From assembly GCA_043800725.1 (NCBI GenBank), contig JAZDMR010000023.1, positions 1 to 54,874 of the forward strand: a stretch of 54,874 nucleotides of DNA, written 5' to 3'. The stretch comes from a bacterium. GTDB lineage: Bacteria > Patescibacteriota > Patescibacteriia > HK-STAS-PATE-3. Below the pieces are notes generated by a model. That model worked only from the letters and a program-made list of their open reading frames with translations. It did not search any database and was not told where the DNA came from. The position numbers were made by a program, and so were the translations under genes. Positions 37,856 to 42,801 of this stretch are shown piece by piece. How positions within the stretch are numbered: the stretch's first letter is position 1; every line of letters starts with the position of its first letter.

Positions 37856-40008
37856 TTACTATCACAGACGAACAGCTCGCGCTCTATCAGTCGCTGTTTC
37901 GCGGACGTACCGATGTGTATGCGAAACGGTGGGAAAAGAACGGACGGTCCGGATATTACCCTGCCTATCAGTTCGATTGGGCCGAGTTTCTCATCCACCA
38001 GCGTCGCGGCGGAAATATGGCAACGTTCGAAGGCAAGACCCCGCTTCCGTTGACGCCTGACGTGGTCAAAAAGCACCTGATCGGGCAGTACACCGTAGGA
38101 GTGTATCCGTTACTCAAAAACAATACCTCATACTTCATTGTTGCCGACTTCGATGGTCCCCAGGCGTTCGATGACGCAAAGAAGCTGGTCAAAGCCTGCA
38201 GCGAACTTCGACTTCCCGCGTATATTGAGCGATCCCGTTCGGGCAACGGTGCGCATGTGTGGTTATTCTTCGAAAATGCGTTCCCGGCTGCCCGAAGCCG
38301 CATGATTATGCTTGAGTGTGTGCGCAAAGCACTGGGAATGTCCGCTTTCGAAAAGGAGGTATCATTCGACCGGCTGTTCCCGAATCAAGACATGCAAAGC
38401 GGAAAGGGGTTCGGTAACCTGATCGCGCTTCCTCTCCAGGGTATATCTCTCGGACAAGGGAATACTATTTTCCTTGACCCGAAAACACAGGCTCCATATC
38501 CCGACCAGTGGGTATTTCTCCCAACAATTCACCGAATTCCTTCGAGGACGCTGGACCAAGTATTTGATACGATCGTGCGAGGTGACATGAGCGCTACGAC
38601 GGACGCCGCATCGACCGGGAAAATCACTCTTCGCCTTGATTCAGGGATTCGCACAGCAAAAGTCCGGCTCGATAAGGAAACGGTCAGCTTTCTTCGGGAG
38701 GAATTGAATTTCCCCAATCTCGACTACTGGCTGAAACGCAAGCTCGGCAAGAGCACATATCAGACGGATAAGTTTTTCCGATTGATCGACGAGGAAGGAG
38801 AAGATGTTGTCCTGCCCCGGGGTTTTCTTTCCAAACTCACTGACCATTTCCGGATGCGGGGAATACCGTTTGTCATCCATGACAAGAGATCAGTACTGCC
38901 CGAAGTCACCTTCTCCTCCGCGATTGAGCTACGACCGTCTCAAGTCGGCCTCGTCGAGCAAGCAACGGAGTCCGACCAGGGCGTTCTTGTTGCACCGCCC
39001 GGGAGCGGGAAGACGGTTATGGGCCTTCAGCTTATCGCCCGCCGGAAACAACCGGCGCTGATTCTCACGCACCGGAAGCAGATCATGGACCAGTGGATCG
39101 GGCGCATCCAAGAATTTCTCGGGATACCGAAAGCGCACATCGGCCGGATTGACGGCGTGAAGAAAACAATCGGTGACAAAATCACTGTCGCGATGTTGCA
39201 GAGCATGAACCGTCGGGAGGACGCGAGCAAAATTCGTAACCGTTTCGGAACAATCGTCATTGACGAGTGCCAGCACCTTCCCGCAAAAACATTTCGCGAA
39301 GTTGTTTCTCATTTGAATGCCCGGTACTGCTATGGATTAACAGCAACACCGAAACGCAAGCACAACGACGAAAAACTCATTTATCTCTTCATCGGAGATA
39401 TTATTGCGGAACTGCCGGAGCAACTATCCGTTTCCAAGACGACCGAAGGGAATACGTCCGTTGCCGTACGTTCGGTGATTATCCACGAAACCGGACTTGA
39501 GATTCCATTCTCATTCACTGCCGACGACTACCAACTGCTGGCGCGTATTGTCTCGTTCGATCAGACTCGTAACCGTCTTGTCCTGAACGACATCCGTCAT
39601 TCCGTCGGGTTCGGATTGAAAACACTGGTGTTAAGCGAGAGAAAAGAACATCTGGAAGTGTTGCGCCTCTATCAAAAAGGGATCGCCGAATCCATCCTCA
39701 TCACTGGCGACGACTCCCTTGCATCGCGGAAAAGCAAATTTGCCCAGATTGCTTCCGGCCACTATCAGATTCTCTTCGCAACCGGGCAACTCCTCGGAGA
39801 AGGACTGGATCTTCCCGATATTCAAGCGGTTATCCTCGCATTTCCGCTCGCGTTTGAAGGAAAGCTCGCGCAATACATCGGACGCATCCGGAGCGACAAT
39901 AAGACCGTCTATGACTATCATGATGCGAAAACACCGTTTCTTGATCGTCAATTCAAAAAACGAAAAAAGTTCTATGAGAAGAACGGCTTTATCCTAACTG
40001 GTTCTTAA
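37852..40008 (+). CDS. AEP-type primase-polymerase domain fused to an SF2 (DExH) helicase
   Basis: N-terminal half: FRGRTDVYAKRWE, YFIVADFDG (DxD) and SRSGNGAHVWLFF (SGxGxH). C-terminal half: APPGSGKT, VIDECQH, GLTATPKR and QYIGRIRS. The start is set at the ATG coupled to the upstream ORF; the track ORF starts at 37786. Confidence 0.8.
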   Translation: MITITDEQLALYQSLFRGRTDVYAKRWEKNGRSGYYPAYQFDWAEFLIHQRRGGNMATFEGKTPLPLTPDVVKKHLIGQYTVGVYPLLKNNTSYFIVADFDGPQAFDDAKKLVKACSELRLPAYIERSRSGNGAHVWLFFENAFPAARSRMIMLECVRKALGMSAFEKEVSFDRLFPNQDMQSGKGFGNLIALPLQGISLGQGNTIFLDPKTQAPYPDQWVFLPTIHRIPSRTLDQVFDTIVRGDMSATTDAASTGKITLRLDSGIRTAKVRLDKETVSFLREELNFPNLDYWLKRKLGKSTYQTDKFFRLIDEEGEDVVLPRGFLSKLTDHFRMRGIPFVIHDKRSVLPEVTFSSAIELRPSQVGLVEQATESDQGVLVAPPGSGKTVMGLQLIARRKQPALILTHRKQIMDQWIGRIQEFLGIPKAHIGRIDGVKKTIGDKITVAMLQSMNRREDASKIRNRFGTIVIDECQHLPAKTFREVVSHLNARYCYGLTATPKRKHNDEKLIYLFIGDIIAELPEQLSVSKTTEGNTSVAVRSVIIHETGLEIPFSFTADDYQLLARIVSFDQTRNRLVLNDIRHSVGFGLKTLVLSERKEHLEVLRLYQKGIAESILITGDDSLASRKSKFAQIASGHYQILFATGQLLGEGLDLPDIQAVILAFPLAFEGKLAQYIGRIRSDNKTVYDYHDAKTPFLDRQFKKRKKFYEKNGFILTGS

Positions 40009-40054
40009 AAACCATCGTCGGTAGACACTCGGGTCGCACGATAACATTTCATCC

Positions 40055-40128
40055 CCGCAGAGGCAGAGGGAATCGAACCCCCGTTTCAGGTTTTGGAGAC
40101 CCGTGTTCTGCCACTGAACTACACCCCC
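40055..40128 (-). pseudogene. tRNA-Trp(CCA)-like gene with a non-pairing 3' acceptor strand (pseudo-tRNA or recombination junction)
   Basis: GGGGGTG-TA-GTTC-AGTGGCA-GAAC-A-CGGGT-CTCCAAA-ACCTG-AAAC-GGGGG-TTCGATT-CCCTC is followed by TGCCTCTGCGG instead of CACCCCC-N-CCA. Confidence 0.6.
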
Positions 40129-40133
40129 GTGTT

Positions 40134-40685
40134 TTATAGACCCAGTTGATCGCTAATGCCTTGCAGCGCGTCTATACAGTTTTGAATATGCTCTTCTAGG
40201 GGCAGATTTAACTCTTTTAGCCCCTGTTCTATCTCTTCACGGTTGACATTAGCAGCAAATGACGGCTGTTTCAACTTTTTAGTAACATTCTCTACAGTCA
40301 CCTCACTAAGCTTTTTGCTTGGCCGAATCAATGCCACCGCGATTATAAACCCGGATAACTCATCAACTGCAAAGACCACTTTCTTCATTTGGCTATCACG
40401 GGGCTCACCAGTATGGGGTGCGTGAGCCAGAACGCCTTTGATAATCTCTTCGGATACTCCTCTGTCTTTTAAGATAGCTGAACCTTTTTGGGGATGCTCG
40501 TCTTCGTTGGGATGGATCTCATAATCAAAATCGTGAAGCAAGCCAACAATACCCCACAGATCTTCATCTTCGTGATACTTCTTCGCATAAAATCGCATGC
40601 AAGCTTCTACGGCTAATCCGTGTTTGCGAAGATTCGAGTTCTTGGTGAACTCCTGCAGGATAGCTAAAGCTTCATCGCGCTTCAT
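40134..40685 (-). CDS. HD-domain metal-dependent phosphohydrolase
   Basis: The H..GLLHDFDY HD signature; 183 aa. Confidence 0.75.
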   Translation of the reverse strand: MKRDEALAILQEFTKNSNLRKHGLAVEACMRFYAKKYHEDEDLWGIVGLLHDFDYEIHPNEDEHPQKGSAILKDRGVSEEIIKGVLAHAPHTGEPRDSQMKKVVFAVDELSGFIIAVALIRPSKKLSEVTVENVTKKLKQPSFAANVNREEIEQGLKELNLPLEEHIQNCIDALQGISDQLGL

Positions 40686-40841
40686 CTATTTGGTTTCTTT
40701 ATGCTGGGTATGCTTTTTGCACCAGCGGCAGTATTTTTTCAGCTCTAAACGATTCTTAAGCGTTTTCTTGTTCTTGTGAGAATGGTAATTCAAACGCTTG
40801 CAGTTTGAGCACTCTAGTTTTATGAGATTATCTTGAGACAT
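40686..40841 (-). CDS. rpmG: 50S ribosomal protein L33
   Basis: Not in the ORF track (51 aa). Translation is [51 protein letters not shown], with the CxxC..CxxC L33 pattern. Confidence 0.85.
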   Translation of the reverse strand: MSQDNLIKLECSNCKRLNYHSHKNKKTLKNRLELKKYCRWCKKHTQHKETK

Positions 40842-40863
40842 TAGGTTGGTTGATTAGAGGATA

Positions 40864-40878
40864 GTTGATTGGTTAATT
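40864..40878. repeat. 15-bp inverted repeat, left arm
   Basis: GTTGATTGGTTAATT is the perfect reverse complement of 41279-41293. Confidence 0.85.
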
Positions 40879-40888
40879 GGGAAAATAG

Positions 40889-41263
40889 TTAATTGGATAT
40901 ATTCCTTTTACTAGCAAGATATTTAATAAACGCATTTAGACTTTTAAGTAGTTTTTCAAATTCGATATCTAGTTGTTGAGAAGTTTTTTTTATTAATGAA
41001 TTTAAGCCCCTTAGCTACTTTTATGTGACTTCTTGTTTCAAATATTTCTGCTCTTGCGATATATTATACTCGAATACGATCCGTATAGGAAAATCTTCCT
41101 TGGCTTTCTGCAATATTTGCAGTGATGCTGTTGGCAGATCGGCGAAGCTGGTTTGTTATTCATATTGCTCGGAAGAAGGGAAAGTACCGGTTACTTTATA
41201 GATCTCCATTGTCAGGTCATACGACAACTTCCAAACATCAAGTTTATTAAATGAATCAGGCAT
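40889..41263 (-). pseudogene. four-helix-bundle protein (23S rRNA intervening-sequence protein family), with a stop and frameshift
   Basis: MPDSFNKLDVWKLSYDLTMEIYKVTGTFPSSEQYE-stop, then other frames continue as ..ANSITANIAESQGRFSYTDRIR.. and ..LDIEFEKLLKSLNAFIKYLASKRN. This pattern is typical of the TIGR02436-like family as I remember it. Confidence 0.55.
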
Positions 41264-41278
41264 TTTTTCGATTTATCA

Positions 41279-41293
41279 AATTAACCAATCAAC
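41279..41293. repeat. 15-bp inverted repeat, right arm
   Basis: AATTAACCAATCAAC is the perfect reverse complement of 40864-40878. Confidence 0.85.
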
Positions 41294-41323
41294 TAATAAA
41301 CCAATTTATTTTAGTTTAACCCG

Positions 41324-41398
41324 TGGAGCCGGAGAGAGGATTCGAACCCCCGACCTTCACTTTACAAAAGTGTTGCTCTACCCCTGAGCTACTCCGGC
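41324..41398 (-). tRNA. tRNA-Thr (anticodon UGU), CCA encoded
   Basis: GCCGGAG-TA-GCTC-AGGGGTA-GAGC-A-ACACT-TTTGTAA-AGTGA-AGGTC-GGGGG-TTCGAAT-CCTCT-CTCCGGC-T-CCA. Confidence 0.9.
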
Positions 41399-41404
41399 GT
41401 ATTG

Positions 41405-41755
41405 TTAATTAATTTCTAACCTCGGAATAATATCAATGGGCGGTTCTTCATAAGGGTGGGCTGCTTTTAAGGCTTTAACTACTTCCTCTACTTTATCTTT
41501 GTGGCATAGTGTTTCGATCACTTCTTCCTCAACTTCTTCCAGCTTGCCTACCTCGCCAATACTGGGACTCGCACCTTGCTGAGGAATATATCGACCGATC
41601 GAAGTATGTGAACCGCTGGCATGAGAATAATTTCCTTGCACGCCGGCACCAGCATCACCCAAAGCTTTCCGCATCTTGTCTGCCTCCGCCTTAGGCACAG
41701 CTGTTTGAATTTTCACGTAATCTGATTCTCGTAGTAACATATTAATCTCCCCCAT
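41405..41755 (-). CDS. stand-alone Nif3/YqfO PII-like insert-domain protein (COG3323-like)
   Basis: GAGVQGNYSHASGSHTSIGRYIPQQGASPSIGEVGKLEEVEEEVIETLC..AHPYEEPPIDI resembles the YqfO insert domain. The true start may be the internal MLLRES, because the first codons overlap the repeat element. Confidence 0.6.
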   Translation of the reverse strand: MGEINMLLRESDYVKIQTAVPKAEADKMRKALGDAGAGVQGNYSHASGSHTSIGRYIPQQGASPSIGEVGKLEEVEEEVIETLCHKDKVEEVVKALKAAHPYEEPPIDIIPRLEIN

Positions 41756-41867
41756 CGAACGCTTGGGCCCGTAGGGTTAAGCGTGAGATGGAAAGGGGCA
41801 TGCGCCGTAAGGGCGAAGCAGAAGCGACTTGTTCGCTTCTACGCAGTCCGCACGGCGCAATGACCCG
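41751..41867 (+). ncRNA. tRNA-end element family, full copy abutting the tRNA-Tyr-like 3' fragment (strand tentative)
   Basis: CCATCGAACGCTTGGGCCCGTAGGGTTAAGCGTGAGATGG plus the second domain. Its last base is adjacent to the TGG at 41868. Confidence 0.6.
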
Positions 41868-42026
41868 TGGTGGGCCGAGTAGGATTCTCCCGCACAATAT
41901 TGTTTTTGAAGCGGTTTGCGGGATCCCGCTATGACGCGGGAGAACCTACGAAGGCGTAAGCCAGCAGATTTATGCCGCCTTGGGCGGCACCCCGCCAAAG
42001 GCGGTGGCAGTCTGCCCTCAACTCCC
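41868..42026 (-). pseudogene. 3' two-thirds of a second tRNA-Tyr gene (B), with a 35-nt anticodon-loop insertion and a 54-nt T-loop insertion
   Basis: Outside the insertions at 41973-42007 and 41888-41941, the sequence from the anticodon loop to the T-arm is identical to tRNA-Tyr at 42029-42114. The acceptor 3' strand is TCGGCCC-A-CCA. Confidence 0.7.
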
Positions 42027-42374
42027 TCTGGTGGGTGGAGTAGGATTCGAACCTACGAAGGCGTAAGCCAGCAGATTTACAGTCTGCCCCTGTTGACCGC
42101 TTAGGTATCCACCCACCAGAGAGATTTGAATTATTTTTTTAATAAGCTTCTTAATGGCTTCTCCACCTTTGTATGATTTGATTTGTCGTTCGCGCTGATA
42201 TGCTTTATTGCGCGATTGGAAGCTCTCGTAATATATCAGTTTCCATGGAATTCCAGATTTTGTGGAACGCACCTCACCTTTATTATGATCCTTTATTCTT
42301 TCCTTGAGATCTTCCGTCGAACCAACATAGTATCTGCCAATTCTTTCACTTTTGAGAATATAGGTTTTGTACAT
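42018..42374 (-). CDS. small GIY-YIG nuclease-domain protein (ORF reads through tRNA-Tyr)
   Basis: MYKTYILKSERIGRYYVGSTEDLKERIKDHN..YQRERQIKSYKGGEAIKKLI is a GIY-YIG/URI-domain pattern. There is no stop until 42018, so the last ~35 codons overlap the tRNA gene. The track start is at 42404. Confidence 0.7.
   Translation of the reverse strand: MYKTYILKSERIGRYYVGSTEDLKERIKDHNKGEVRSTKSGIPWKLIYYESFQSRNKAYQRERQIKSYKGGEAIKKLIKKIIQISLVGGYLSGQQGQTVNLLAYAFVGSNPTPPTRGS
42029..42114 (-). tRNA. tRNA-Tyr (anticodon GUA), long variable arm, CCA encoded
   Basis: GGGTGGA-TA-CCTA-AGCGGTCAA-CAGG-G-GCAGA-CTGTAAA-TCTGC-TGGCTTACGCCTTC-GTAGG-TTCGAAT-CCTAC-TCCACCC-A-CCA. Confidence 0.9.
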
Positions 42375-42417
42375 ACAACTACATTCAAATTTTATCGTCT
42401 TCATCTAGAATAATAGA

Positions 42418-42505
42418 AGTCTGCCCCGTTTTCCCGCCACTGAATTAATTAATATTGGTTGGCGGGACCCCGCAGAATGCGGTGGGACCGCTTCGGTATC
42501 GACCC
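42418..42505 (-). pseudogene. 5' third of tRNA-Tyr gene B (acceptor to U33), with a 54-nt D-loop insertion
   Basis: GGGTCGA-TA-CCGA-AGCGGTC-[54 nt at 42432-42485]-AAAC-GGGGCAGACT. GGGTCGA pairs with the TCGGCCC strand at 41872-41878, a compensated 5:68 pair relative to tRNA-Tyr at 42029-42114. Confidence 0.65.
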
Positions 42506-42535
42506 AAGTTAAGTTATTATGTGATGATCAAGGCG

Positions 42536-42653
42536 ACCGTCGAACGCTTGGGCCCGATAGGGTTAAGCGTGAGACGGAGAGGCACACTCTTGCGAAGGGC
42601 GCAGTGAAGACAACTTGTTTGTCTTCACGTAGCCCGTAGCAAGTGATGGGCCG
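42536..42653 (+). ncRNA. tRNA-end element family, full copy abutting tRNA-Thr(GGU) (strand tentative)
   Basis: CCGTCGAACGCTTGGGCCCGATAGGGTTAAGCGTGAGACGG plus the second domain. Its last base is adjacent to the TGG at 42654. Confidence 0.6.
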
Positions 42654-42729
42654 TGGAGCCCACGAGCAGACTTGAACTGCTGACCTACTCCTTACCATGG
42701 AGTTGCTCTACCAGCTGAGCTACGTGGGC
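42654..42729 (-). tRNA. tRNA-Thr (anticodon GGU), CCA encoded
   Basis: GCCCACG-TA-GCTC-AGCTGGTA-GAGC-A-ACTCC-ATGGTAA-GGAGT-AGGTC-AGCAG-TTCAAGT-CTGCT-CGTGGGC-T-CCA. Confidence 0.95.
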
Positions 42730-42785
42730 ATGATTATTTATACTAGGTTAATTGTGCCTAATAAATATCAAATGATTATGTAAAT

Positions 42786-42798
42786 CCGTCGAACACTT
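42786..42798 (+). repeat. orphan 13-nt start motif of the tRNA-end element
   Basis: CCGTCGAACACTT equals the P1 5' strand, GA and P2 5' strand of the family, with nothing further. Confidence 0.35.
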
Positions 42799-42801
42799 AG
42801 A

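Noticed and set aside
41751-41867. Integron attC site, group II intron domain V/VI, or IS200/IS605 end as the identity of the tRNA-end element.
   Set aside because: - Integron attC: GTTAAGC fits the attC GTTRRRY core, but there is no complementary RYYYAAC partner and no integron integrase.
- Group II intron: no domain-V-like 34-nt hairpin with an AGC triad and GNRA loop.
- IS200/IS605: no tnpA/tnpB nearby, and the second hairpin differs in sequence between copies, which is not expected for transposase-recognised ends.

A mobile origin is kept only as a generic alternative.
41777-42104. Track ORFs 41777-41998 (-) and 41916-42104 (+).
   Set aside because: Both lie entirely on tRNA-Tyr sequences and the GC-rich hairpin insertions. 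They are artefacts of GC-rich non-coding sequence.
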